Source: Octopus sinensis (lineage: Eukaryota). Taken from it: 64,000 bases of DNA. The DNA lies in NCBI RefSeq assembly GCF_006345805.1, contig NC_043014.1, forward strand, positions 23,994,001 through 24,058,000. The letters are read 5' to 3'. Of the stretch, positions 51,546-64,000 are shown piece by piece (position 1 is the stretch's first letter; each line of letters begins with the position of its first letter). A program made the translations under genes and the position numbers. Under the pieces are notes generated by a model. The model was not told where the DNA came from. It saw nothing but the letters and a program-made list of their open reading frames with translations, and ran no database searches.

Positions 51546-53735
51546 TCATCATCATCATTTAATATCTGTTTACTATGCAGACATGAATTGAGTGGCTTGA
51601 CAGGAACTGGTAAAGCCAGGGAACACACTAGGTTCCAAAGTCTGTTATGATTTGGTTTCTACGACTGGATCCCCTTCCTAACTCCAATCACTCCACAGGG
51701 TGTACTGAGTACTTTTTATGTAGCACCATCACAGGTGCTTTTACATGGCACCAGCACCAGAGCTTTTTATGTGGCACCTTGGTTTTAGGATTTTAATTCT
51801 TTTGTGGTGGGTGGATCTTCTCAAGTACAGCAATGTACTACATAGCTCGGTCCACTGTCATCTTCATAAGGCTCACTGTTTTGAGATTGGCCTTCAAAAC
51901 TTCATCCCATTTCTTCCACAACTTCCTTCAACTTTAAGCAATTGGCATTTCTTTATGCAGCTGCCCTTATTCACCTGCATCAAGATCAAACCAGCACAGC
52001 CTCCTGTCTTGCACACTGCATATAAATCCTCTTATGCCTGACTTTGCCCTCAGTTTACCAGTGCTCTGTCACATATGCACAGACATCACACATCCAGCAG
52101 AACATACCAGCTTCATTCCTCTCCAGCCTTTGCATGTCCTCTCCATTCAGGGCCCACATTTACAGTATCACAGTTTGTACACATGCATCATGAAATCCTC
52201 CCTTTACTTGGAGAGCGAGACCTTTGGTTGCTGATAGAGGTAAAAACTCTCTGAACTTTCTCCATCCTATTCATATTCTAGTAATTACACTTTCTGTATG
52301 ACCTCCTCCACTGCTAATTGGGTCACCTAGGTAACAAAAAGTATCTACAGCTTCCAGGGAGCCACCAGGACATTTAAGGAAATCAGTTTCTCATGTATCT
52401 GTTGTCTTTATGGCTCCTGTGCATCTTCCACATACAAACACTACTTTCTCTGTTAATCTTTCACTGCACCTCTTGTGTGTCCATTGCTTGCACTAGATAT
52501 ACCAAATGGAATTTCTGTCTACACCATTGCTACATATCGAGCAGGACCATTTACCTGACGGGTGAAAGGTTGTGTCATTTTTCTTGCTTACTAGGACCTT
52601 GGTCTTTACTAAGTTTGCTTTAAGACCCTTAGATTCCAGGTTCTGTTTCCACACCTTTTCTAATTCTGCTATGAGGGAAAGATCATCAGTATACGGGAGT
52701 TCCCATGGGCTTCCAGTTTTAAATTCCTCTATTATGGCCTGGAGGACAATGACGAATAGGAAGGGGCTTAGGACTAACCCCTGGTGGACACCAACCTGTA
52801 CACTAAATTTATCAATGTACCCATGATCAACTCTTAACTTATTAACAGCATCCCTGTACATGGACTGTATCACTTTTGGTAGCAATTTGTCTATCCCTGG
52901 CTTCCTCGGGGATCATATCAAGAGTACAAATACCAAGTACAATGGTTTGTTCTTACTAAATACTTCTATTGCAATTACCTGACTATGAAAATAGCATCAG
53001 TGGTACTTCTTCCTGAGACAAGCTGAACTGCATTTCATCTAATTTAATTCTGTTCCTAATTAATTGGTCTATAACTCTTTCTGCAACTTTCATCACCTGG
53101 TCCAGCAATTTGATGACTCTATAGTAACTTCTATCTAAGGAATCTCCCTTGCTCTTCTAGCAGCTGATTATGATCAGTCACTAGGGATTACACCTTCCTG
53201 AATAACCTAATTAACTATACTGGCCACTAGACTGTATCAAATTCTACCAAATATCTTGATGGGTCAGGGGCTTTCCTCATCTTCATATCTTTAATTGCCT
53301 TATCTATCATGCTGCTGTCAACTAGGATAGCTGGTACCGCTGTTGGGTTCATTTGAGGAAGACTCCCTTTCTCCCATTCATTCTCCACATTTAATAGTCT
53401 TTCATAGTTCTTCCATGCTTCTTTCTTTTCAGGATCATTAAGAGCAAGCATACCATTATCTGTCCAGACGTACAACATCTTGATTCTCTCTAACACACCG
53501 TTTGGCAATCCTGAACACCTCAAGTCTCTGATTGTCATGCTGGCAAACATCTTCCTTTCCAAGATATAGCAAGATATACCTGATGCTTAGTTTTATATCT
53601 GATATGGTTCTTTGCTACCCCTATTCTTCTAGTTTTGTCTCTTTTCTTTTATAGTCCTACCTTCCTGTTCCACCACCATGTCACCCTCGGTGTGGTAGAA
53701 GCTTTGCTCCAACCACAGTTTGGGTCTGTCACTCT
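51546..53735 (-). mobile_element. RTE LINE, degraded
   Basis: ORFs 52493..52885 (GVHQGLVLSP, YTDD) and 53227..53562; 3' terminus at 51546. Confidence 0.9.
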
Positions 53736-54321
53736 TGAGTACTATTGGTAAGCTCAACAAAAAACGTACTCCAGTGTGAGATAAATATCATTTAATAAAC
53801 ACAGGATTTAAATGAGAGTTATAAGTTTCATGCTTGGATAATTGGATGGGCTGTGTGTTATTCTGCAATCATTCAGGCTTAAAATAAACATGTTTGCTCT
53901 CTGAGAAAAATTAAGAAAGAATGAGAAGAAAAGGGAAAAAATGAGAAAAGGAAGATAAGAGTTGAGTTCCTTTGGTCCATTAGAAAGGGAATTAACAATG
54001 ATCGGTGTTAATCTGATGTGGAAAGGTTTTAATTTTTGTAAGTCTGTGTTGAATCTGGAGAGGGTGGTCTTCTCTCCAGTTTGATAGCATTTGTTAAAAT
54101 TTCTGATCTCCACTTCAGTAAGTCAGCAGAGTTCTTAAATTTGAACAGGATATGCAAAGCCTGCACCTCCTTGTCCCATTAATGTATAATGCAGCTTGCT
54201 TTATGAAGCTCAACTTGATGGCTTGTAAGGTATTTTTTGGCATTCAGGTCTTGGATATGGCCACATAGCTGAGTGGTTTTCTTCTTGTCCATGTGTTGGA
54301 AAGGAAATTTTCGCATACGTG

Positions 54322-54710
54322 AAGGCACAGAAGTGGCTGCCAACCACATGGTTCCGGGTTCAGTCCCACTGTGTGGCACCTTGGGCAAGTGTATTCTACT
54401 ATAGCCTCGGGCCAACCAAAGCCTTGTGAGTGGATTTGGTAGACGGAAACTGAAAGAAGCCCGTCGTATATATGTGTATATATATACATGTGTGTGTATA
54501 TGTGTGTGTCTGTGTCTGTCCCCCCAACATTGCTTGACAACCGATGCTGGTGTGTTTACATCCCCATAACTTAGCAGTTTGGCAAATGAGACTGATAGAA
54601 TAAGTACTAGGCTTACAAAGAATAAGTCCTGGGGTCGATTTGCTTGACTAAAGGTGGTGCTCCAGCATGGCCACAGTCAAATGACTGAAACAAGTAAAAG
54701 AGTAAAAGAA
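54322..54710 (+). mobile_element. tRNA/CORE-type SINE with internal (TA/TG)n and AAAAGAGT-type tail; partial copies at 315-545, 32465-32640, 35503-35730 (+) and 31250-31620, 48430-48600 (-)
   Basis: GGTTCAGTCCC B box, cttgggcaagtg core-like segment, tail cagtcaaatgactgaaacaagtaaaaga shared between copies. Confidence 0.8.
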
Positions 54711-54799
54711 TACGTAACCATGCCTGGTCAAGTGGATAAGTAACTGGGTTCCTGAAGTTACAGTTTGGAGAGGGTGCCTGGTGTGTCTTACATGCAATA

Positions 54800-55410
54800 A
54801 TGCATCTGTGTTGAGGCAGCAGCTATAAGAAACTTTCACAGAACATCTATCAAAGATTTTCTTGTAACCTTTTGCAATCAGGGAAATGCTTATCCATCAA
54901 AGCTAGGAATTTTCTACCTATGTTAATCTTAACATTTGAAGAGAAAAGGCGGGTGGTGATCCATACAATCTTCCTAGGTTTATTTTTAGGCTTCATTCTT
55001 TTCATGGTTGTTCCAGAGCATTAGTATTGTAGGGGTCTGCCTTGTAAAATATTTCTTTAGAAGGAGAGAAATTAGATATCTTATTACTAATATTGGCTAC
55101 AAGGTTTTTAAAGATGATAGTGGGGGTGGTGGCAAAACAGTTGATATATATATGTAAACTTTTCATTAGGTTTTTTCTTAAATGTATTTGTGGTATGGCC
55201 ATCACAGCTATGGGATATACCTAATCCATCATCACAGTATTGACCAATATCATGGGAGAGAACTTAGGTCTTAGATATCTAATATAAAGGAACCTACTAA
55301 ATCATACATTTGAGCAATATCAAATGAACCCATTGATGCATCAGACAATTCTTCTAGATCAGATTCTTTTTACCCATGCTGAACCTTTACTAAAGAGGAG
55401 GGTTTTTACT
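54800..55410 (-). mobile_element. Degraded Penelope-like RT/C-terminal remnant
   Basis: Frameshifted motifs SMGSFD, YCDDGLG, YIN...NISNKISNFSPSKEIFYKA, KVSYSC. Confidence 0.7.
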
Positions 55411-57310
55411 GAAAAAAGCTGTTCCAAAAATACAAGGAATTGTTGATGTAATAATGTGTATAAAACAAACGAGTGTACATACTGATGCAATAATATACAT
55501 CAAACTAATAAAAAGTATTAACATGTAAGGATGATACATTAATGTGATCAAAGTGGATCATTTTCATGTCAAAATACATTACATTTTCCCTGTGGAAAGT
55601 TCTGGATGTGAACTTTGTTTTCATATAGTTATGATCAAAATCCAACACTTACATATCAAGCCTGATATTTCCACCTATTCACAAAGTGTGTCCAGTCTTT
55701 ATTTATTTATTTTTTTTTGTATGTGTGTTTTGACTGTAGAACAGAGGCCTTTACTATTGTTCAATTCACTGGAGCACTATAACTCAATTTGTGTTGAAAA
55801 TTATAGTCATGAAGAAAACTATTTTTTGCTTTGTGTTGATATCGATGGAGAGAGGTCAGATAATTGTTATGAAATGTAAAAGTGAGAATTTTATCGTTAA
55901 TTTTCTCTTAGAAATCTTTAAGATTTTTATACCATAAGAAAAAAATTATTTGCAAATTCAATATGGTCATTGCCAAATCTGGCCACAGTATGGCAAAAAG
56001 GCGCAAAGTCAGTAAAGAGGGCGGTATACTGACACTATTTGTCAAACTGATGTATTCTCGAATGGTGAGAGATCAAACGGAATACAAATCCAAGTTTTTA
56101 ATTATCAAGTTTGAGCCAGAATTTCAAGAAATGGATGAACAAATTACTAAATAAGCATATTTCTACAAAAAAGTGCTTTAAATTGATCTACATAAGCATG
56201 GAACTATCGTACTGAGAATGTTGTTTATTCCTTTTCACTGTTTTAACAAAGAGTGGAGATGACATCTAAATTTTACCTCGTGGAATTTTAACTTGTGGAT
56301 ATACATGTAAATTTTATTTTTTTGTTGAGAAATATTGGTCAAATTTTGCCAATAAAAATTATATTAGGCAATGAATATTATTTTGTAGAATATTATAGTC
56401 AGATGTGATGGTTTTTTTTTCTAATTTTGAATGCAGTCTGACAATTTGTAGTAGAATTTACATATTTGTTTTGGATATTTTTCTCTCTCTTATTAATGAG
56501 TTTGCTGTAAAATTTTAATGTCTTTAATTTGTGCTTTTAAAACTAAACCAAAGAACTAGTTTTGAGATTTTGTTTGTTTTTTTAAATTTAGGTATACATG
56601 CAATACTGAAAAGGACATCGTGGGATGTCCTAGAAACAACAGCTAAATTTCCCTTAAAACACACAACTTCGTGTTTGAAAATATTTTCAAATTTTTTTTA
56701 ACCAAAAAGGCTTCTCCCATCATTTTTAAGTGCACAGGGCAAAAATATTGGGTGAAGGGAGGGGGTGGAAAATATAAATTTTCAAAAATCTTTTCATAAA
56801 AAGCATCTATGGAAAAATCACTGTCAAAACAGAAAATTCAATTTATGTATGCACCCTAATCTGAAGCTCCACCATTTATAGCCATTTTTTATTGTCCTTT
56901 TATTGAAATGGTATCATGTCCCAAAATCTTTATACCTACTACAAATGTACCAAAACTCAAGTCCCTGTTGCTTGTACTTTTCAATTTAGCTAGGTCTGAG
57001 AACACTGCAAAATTGACTGCTTGTTACACATAACAAAATAGGCTTTACATAAATATTTTAGAAATTGCCAAAAAAAAGTTTCCTTTCCAAGAACCTGAAA
57101 ATAAAAAATAAGCAACTGCTATACCATGGACACTATTAATTTGTGTAATTTAAAGATGATTATCACCTCCAGTTTCAAAAATATGACATCCCAAATATGG
57201 CTAATTATTCATTTAAGCCAACTAGACAAGATTTCAGCCATTTCAGACAAGATTTCAGCTGGCCATTCAAATTGTTATATTTCCTAAAATATTCATCCAA
57301 ATTTTACAAA

Positions 57311-57760
57311 TGAAGTGAGTGGAATTCTTCATGTACAATGTTGACTTTCCTGCTAATGGACTGATTATATCCACAAGGAAGTAGCTCAGTGGATGACATG
57401 CTGAACCTCTACAGCTCATTAAAGGTCTTAATGGAATACCATCCTATAGTGAGCTGTAGAGGTTCAGCATGTCATCCACTGAGTCACTTCCTTGTGGATA
57501 TAATCAGTCCATTAGCAGAAAAGTCAATATCATTTGTGAAGAATTCCACCCACTTCACAGAATTGATCAAGGATACCTATCAGTTCAATTCGAGACAGTG
57601 ACCTGAACGATGACAACGAAAAATACCTTAGGAATGTGAACCCATGTTCGAAATTTCCCCAAGACACCTAATGAATGCTTGAGGGTATATCAGCTGAAAC
57701 ATTGTGTTAACAAACAAGATGAGGACAAATTTCTGTCAAATATAAATAATCTAAATAATG
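57311..57760 (+). mobile_element. Penelope-like RT fragment with inverted duplication plus pLTR remnant
   Basis: HPIVSCRGSACHPLSHFLVDIISPLAEKSISFVKNSTHF is the PLE RT RPIVS...VKNS motif; ~110-bp inverted arms 57311-57557. Confidence 0.8.
57663..57708 (+). ncRNA. Degenerate hammerhead motif in a Penelope pLTR remnant
   Basis: ACAC-CTAATGA-...-GAAA-CATT-GTGT; core G5 mutated, stem III looks like CpG-decayed AACGTT; next to PLE RT fragment. Confidence 0.5.
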
Positions 57761-59008
57761 TAAATGTTAGATATGGTCAGTTTTTAATGTGTAAACAATA
57801 TCAGGCATGTCACATACATCTTCTGTCACTTAGCACTTCTATTAGGAGTAAGACAGTGACTTGAGCTTTGAGTTCAAATGTCCTATGTTGATGAATATAC
57901 TTAACGAATTTCTTTAACAATATAGATATAAAGCAGCCTACAACTAGACATTTTCAATTTGAATGCTAAAAGTTTAAAGTTTGGCATTATATATTAATTG
58001 AATAAAATAAAATAAACTGAAATAACAAATAAAAGATAATTAAAATTTAATGAAATACAAGTTATCTTACATCAGAAACTAATACAACAGACGCATCAAT
58101 AAATCTTGTAAAACCTTCCTTCTGCAAACTATTTATTTATCATAAATTTTTATTCAAAATCTGTTTAAAATGCTTTTTCATTGCAATCATATTCTTAATC
58201 TTGGTCCTCATCCTTCATAAAACAATTATATATGTTCCATTGTCATTGTTTAGTTGATAGAAATCCTGTTATTATGTAGTTAAAGTAAAAACTTATCAAA
58301 TTGACTTATGATCAACAGAATTCTGTCACTGACTTTCAATGTTTCATCCTTTTGTTCTTTTTTTTCTTTAGATATAATATATCTAGACAACATTATCTAA
58401 TTAAGATGATAGTGAGTGACATGCAAATTTGGCTTATATTTATAGCAGACTGAATGATCATTTATAGGCTGTCTGCTATATATATAATGTAGAACATATT
58501 CAGGTATTGTATATTTAATTGCAACTGTTGTTGTAATGTGTCATCCAGTTTTAATTAAACAGATTATCCGATGTCCCCTTTTTCAAAGAATTTCAAGTGG
58601 GATATGAAGAAAATATGGCTGCTTAGCAGGTTGAGGCACTGAATTGGTGGGGAAAATTTGATTACAGATTAGCTAATCTGTAAATTAGCTAATCTTTATT
58701 AAGGGAATAATAATAGGGTTCCTCATGTCAAATTAAATTATTTCTCTGTTTAACATTCCAAAGATGGATGACATTCCTCACCATTATAGTTCACAGTATC
58801 AATAGAGCGCTTCATTTTCTGAACTATAGACCTGTTAACAAATTGCAGAATATCATTACAAGTACATGAAATGTTAAGAAATGTATAAATACATACACTC
58901 ACACACATGATATATGTATGTATGTTTGTATGTATGTATGTATATATGTATGTATGTGTATAACAACAACAGCAACAACAACAACAACGACAACCAACAA
59001 CAACAATA

Positions 59009-59545
59009 AATGCCCTGATGCAGTACCAGGTAGTGGCTCTCATGGCTTCTGATCTTTACTGATTGGAAGTGATTTCATGTACATTGTTTTGTCTTGGTAT
59101 AAAAATGGGCTACAACAAATATTCTGCTCAATACCACAGATTTACTTGTCAGTTGTTTGACTTTAACCAGTTGAGCATGTCCTTTAGTGGCTGATGACAT
59201 GTGCATCTCTGATCACGAGCAGAAGTAGTGGGGGTGCGTCATAGCCATGTGCTGAGAGTAAGTCTTTGGGGTTTAAATAATTCTCCTTTGGAAACATGGG
59301 TGTTCATCATCCTTAAACAGGAGCTTTTGAGCAGGATAGGTCACTCAACCTGAAAAAAACTCTAACTGGGTCCCACCTGCAACATCATGCGCTGCTGTTT
59401 ATCTTGATATGTCGTACACATATGGTTGTGATGCATGTGCCTCGTGTACCCTTATCAGACGGGTAATTATGATTGGTATATTGGGTTTCGTATATTTATA
59501 CCCCAGTGTCACTTTGATGGCATGTGTTGCTCTCTCACTTAATGA
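59009..59545. repeat. Unclassified interspersed element bounded by (CAA)n and (GAT)/(GAG)/(AAT)n tracts
   Basis: Sharp GC-richer island between trinucleotide microsatellites; no ORF; probably a non-LTR UTR or SINE. Confidence 0.4.
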
Positions 59546-60119
59546 TGATGATGAGGAGGAGGAGGAGGAAGAGGAGGAGGAGGATAATAATAATAATTCA
59601 AATGTCGGTAAGGGCTTGATCCTTGCTTTGCAAACTGTATATAACTACACAGGTACAACATTGTACTACTTCAAGGCTCAACATCATAATCATTTACTTA
59701 AGTTTAGAATTTATATAAATAAGGCTAACTAGACATCACTATCCAAGTTAATTTGGAGCCTTAAACAACAACATAAAGACTACTTAATCATTTGATCTAT
59801 AGTGCAATGCTTTATACTGAAGGTGGAAGTTTTTGCAGATTATACGATAATGAGCTGCCAACTATTTTGTACTGCAAAGATAACTTGATAAACAAATTTG
59901 ATGAAATCATAGTGAGGTACTTGCATCTTATAAAGTGAACATACTTATATAATACTTGTTGATCAATAAGATTAGCGCTTTGGCCAGTTGTAGGGATTTA
60001 GTTTTGATTGGGTTTTCTTTCTTTTCAGATTTTCATTGCATTTTATGCTATACTTTATATTTTATTTTGTGTTTGTATCTGGTTTGCAAGACTTTTTATG
60101 TGAATTTGTGTGTTGAAAC

Positions 60120-60619
60120 AAATTTTGTCGTGTGTAGGGAGAGTCATTATGCCAATATGATTAACACACACACTGGTTCAGTTTCATTCCTTTATTAGTC
60201 AATTGGTTAACTATCCAACTAAATAATTGTTTAATTTGTTTTGGGGAACTGTAATATGAGAAACAAAATATAATTCACCTACCTCTCAGTGTCGACTGTC
60301 CAGCTGGGTTAAATCCAAGACATGCCCTACTCATCTGATCTATCGCTAGAACCTATGGCTAATTCCCTTTCTAGCTCACACATCTACATATGTCTGTCCA
60401 CTCCCACTGCTCTAGGCCAAAGAGGCCCATGCTGGTCCTACTTCTGCCCGCTTCCTCACTCACTTTTCCTCTTCTGGTAGAGCCCATCACTGACCCTTTC
60501 CTTCTGGTTCTCCTCATCCCCACATTTGTCAAGCACTTTTGCTGCTACTTGCAATCTTTTCAATGACTATTGACTTAGTCCTTTATAGAAGCCACGTTTG
60601 TCTGTTTGAGATTTTGTTG

Positions 60620-60666
<47 letters not shown>

Positions 60667-61465
60667 ATGCCAGCAGGCATGTGTGCTTGTGTATGTATGT
60701 ATGAGTGTATTCTGCATATTCATGTGTTTGTGTGAGCATGCTTGTGTGTTTGTGTATGTATGTATGTATGTGTGTGTGTGTGTTTGTGTCTATGTGTATG
60801 AGTTTGTGTATGTACATGTGCCTGTTGTGTATGCATGTGTGCCTATATGTGTCTGTGTATATGCATGTGTGTGGAGTGTATGTGTATATATATATGGTCA
60901 TGCGTTTCTGTCTACTTATGCATGTGTGCATGTACTTGTCTATCTGTATTACCTATTTACCTACATACCTATGTATGTACCTATCTCTCTCTCTCTCACT
61001 ATCAATTTATCTATCTATCTATCTACCTACATATCTATATATCTGTCTACCTACTTATTTACCTATTTATCTACCTACTTACATATTTATCTGTCTACTT
61101 GCCTACTTATCTACCTATTAGCTTGCCTATCTTCCCACCTATCTACTTATCTACATAATTAAGTAAGTAACTAACAATCTATATAACTGGCCTAACCACC
61201 TAAAACCTATCTACTTACCTATCTACCTACCTCTTTGACTGCCTTACTTAGGAATGTACCTATGTTTGTATACTCTGTGGGTGATATCTGTGACATTGGT
61301 GTATCCCTATCTTCTATGTGCATTTCCTATTTAGTAAAAATTAAACAATTGATTAATTAGTTGGATATTTAACAAATTGACTAATAATAAAGGAGTGGAA
61401 TTGAACCAGTGCATGTGTTAATTATACTGGTATAATGACTCTCCTTAGACACAACAAAATTCACA
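60120..61465. repeat. ~120-bp inverted repeat pair (60120-60238, 61340-61465) enclosing a compound (TG)n/(TATG)n/(CTAT)n low-complexity block
   Basis: gagagtcattat...ctggttca...ttattagtcaatt...atccaacta matches in reverse complement. Confidence 0.75.
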
Positions 61466-62082
61466 TGTATACTTGTATGTATATGCATGTTGATATGTGT
61501 GTGTGCATTTATGTGTATGTGTGTATGTATATATAAGTATATTTATATTGATACATATATGGGTGTGCATATTTATTTATGTGTATATAGGTATATCTAT
61601 ACATGGGTGTGGGGTTTAAAATGCGTATGTACATGTATGTTAGTGCATGTTTGTTTAGATGGCTATTCCTTCTTTGCTGAGTGTATGTATCAGCATATAT
61701 GATTCTAAGTTTGTAAGGATATATATACAAGCATATGCACTTTTGTAAATAGTTATGGATTATTATTTTTACTTTGTATATATTATGCAGGTATATGTAT
61801 GTATTCATATCATTGTTTATATGAATACCAGTATGTACCAAAGTGAATACTGCCTTTATGTATACATGTGTATGTACATATCTGTTTCGTTGCATGTATG
61901 TTGTTATATATAAATGTATTTTGATGTAGGTATGAATATTTATATATATATATGTTTTATATGTATGAGTATTTATGTATGTTCATGTGTTTATATTTAT
62001 TTGATAAGTTATAGACAGCAAGAATTACATTTATGTGTATATGTGTGTATATGTGTGTGTGTGTGTGTGTATTTATATACTT

Positions 62083-63160
62083 CTTTATGCAGCTGTCCTC
62101 ATCCATACACATCTGCATTTCACCCTTCGTTATAAACAAAGTAGAAGCTCTCTGAACTTTGCCCAGCCCATTCTTATTCTAGTAACTACACTTTCAGAAC
62201 TACCTCCACCACTGCTAACTTGTTCTCTTAGGTAACAGAAGCTATCTACTATTTCTAATGATACCCTGAGCATTTGAAAGAGTCTATTGTCTGCCTTTTT
62301 AGTGATTTATTGTATTTGCATATCTGCCACACACAAAGACTATATTCTCCGTAAACTTTCCAGTTATACCACCACACCTCTTATGTGTCCAAAACTTGCA
62401 CTGAGTACAATGTATGGAGTTTCTACCAACATCTTTCGTACATATCACACAGGACCAACTCCCAGAATGCATTTGTGATTTGTCTGTTTTCCTACTTACT
62501 AGCACTTTGGTTTTTGCTAAATTAACTCTGAGGCCCTTAGATTCTAGGCTTTACTTCCACACCTGAAATTTCTTCTCTATGTCAGTTAGTGATTCAGCTC
62601 TAAGACAAGATCATCAGTGTAGAGGAGCTCCCAAGGACAGCTGGACTTGAATATCTCTGTTAAGGCCTGGAAGATTAAGATAAATGGGGGGGGGATGAGA
62701 ACTGAGCCTTGGTGAACTCCTATTTGTACACTGAATTCATTGCTATACTCATTGCCAACCTTCACTTTACTGGCAGCATCCCTGTACATGACTTATACAG
62801 CTCTCACTAACCACTCATCTATCCCTAGCTTCTGTATTGACAACCAGATAAAGGAGCTGGGGACCCTGTCAAAGGCTTTCTCCATGCTGACAAAAGCCAG
62901 ATACAGAGGATTATTTTTGGCTAAATACTTCTGCTGTTGTTTAATCAGGAATATAGTATCAGTCATGCTCCTACCTGGCACAATTCCAAACTGCATCTCA
63001 TCTATGCTAACTCTCTTCCTACTTAATTGAGCTATGACCCTTTCTGTGACTTTCATCACTTGGTCAAGCAATTTGATGCCTCTGTAATATACCTGTCTTC
63101 TAGCCTCTTTTCTGGCTATCTGATACAGTTCCCTGCTACCATCACACTTCCAGTCCTTCC
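62083..63160 (-). mobile_element. RTE LINE internal RT fragment
   Basis: ORFs 62793..63071, 62586..62789, 62299..62505 homologous to the RT/PHD region. Confidence 0.9.
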
Positions 63161-63709
63161 TCTGCCAAAGTATACAAATCTCAGAAGATGCTTAGATAAG
63201 TTTTGTCTTTTCAACCTTGTTCATCTACTCTTCTATTTCAGTACAGATCATAAACCCCTTATTAGTTCTTTTCATTATTCTATCTATTTCATTACCATGT
63301 CAACATGTAAATATAGTTTCAATAGTTTCGTCTTCTTCGTTGTTGTCTTAAGATAACCTTAGTTCACACATATCCTTAACCGCAACATATTTTCATTCAT
63401 TCATCCATTCAAGTTTATCACACAGTCACTTATTTCCCTGATTTTGTCATATTGGCTGACCGAAAACTCTCAAATTTTTCAATTCTATTTTACTATTATC
63501 AACATTTGCTGTTTCATTAAATTATGCTACCCAAATCCCAAAAGAATATTTTTCTCCCTCATGTTCTGACCACCTTAACTCTGATACCCCCTCTCTCTCT
63601 CTCTATCCGCCTCACTCTGTTTCTGTCCCTCCCTCGGCCTTCCTCTGTCTCTCTGTCTCTCTCGTCCTCACTCTGTCTGTCTGTCTCTCTTTCGATTACC
63701 ACTTGCTCG

Positions 63710-64000
63710 GCTGGATGTGTAATGTCAGTGTGCATACTCGACAGAGTGTAAGTACCTTGAGAGGAAAGTTGGACCTAAGAAGCATCAGATGTGGTGTGCA
63801 AGAAAGACGACTGCGCTGGTATGGTCATGTGGCAAGAATGATTGAGGAGAGCTGTGTGAAAAAGTGCCACACCCTAGCGGTTGAGGGAACCTGTGGAAGA
63901 GGTAGACCCAGGAAGACCTGGGATGAGGTGGTGAAGCACGACCTTCGAACATTAGGCCTCACTGAGGCAATGATTAGTGAGCGAGACCTTTGGAAATATG
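63710..64000 (+). mobile_element. RTE LINE C-terminal ORF fragment, runs off the window
   Basis: WMCNVSVHTRQSVSTL...RRLRWYGHVARM...GRPRKTWDEVVKHDL. Confidence 0.92.

Noticed and set aside
4670-59200. Other CTGATGA occurrences (~4674, 5371, 8070, 28823, 30745, 40471, 59191)
   Set aside because: No stem II followed by GAAA with closing stems I/III
60539-62235. Long ORFs rich in C/V/Y/M or H/T/I
   Set aside because: Translation of (TG)n/(TATG)n/(CTAT)n microsatellites

Overview
AT-rich, repeat-dense animal genomic DNA. The SINE/RTE repertoire and microsatellite load suggest an octopus-like cephalopod (inference). One host gene can be reconstructed: a minus-strand, five-exon C2H2 zinc-finger gene (CDS exons 42157-42101, 30118-29245, 20155-19951, 11276-11068, 8967-8276; 2037 nt, 678 aa, 8 fingers, all GT-AG and phase-compatible). 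Most other sequence is transposon-derived. There are about 13 RTE-clade LINE copies, nearly all on the minus strand, whose ORF carries a PHD-like finger, plus a compound tandem array built from the RTE 3' UTR. Also present are Penelope-like (PLE) RT and GIY-YIG remnants, a CRE-clade RT remnant, L1/Tx1- and CR1-like fragments, mariner/Tc1, piggyBac, MULE (FLYWCH), Merlin-like and Helitron non-autonomous elements, and tRNA-derived SINEs. The most interesting signal is a set of minimal type I hammerhead ribozyme motifs. One has a compensatory U3-A8 core and lies in a young 362-nt tandem unit, sense to intron 1 of the zinc-finger gene (retrozyme/pLTR-like). Several long fold-back hairpins accompany them.
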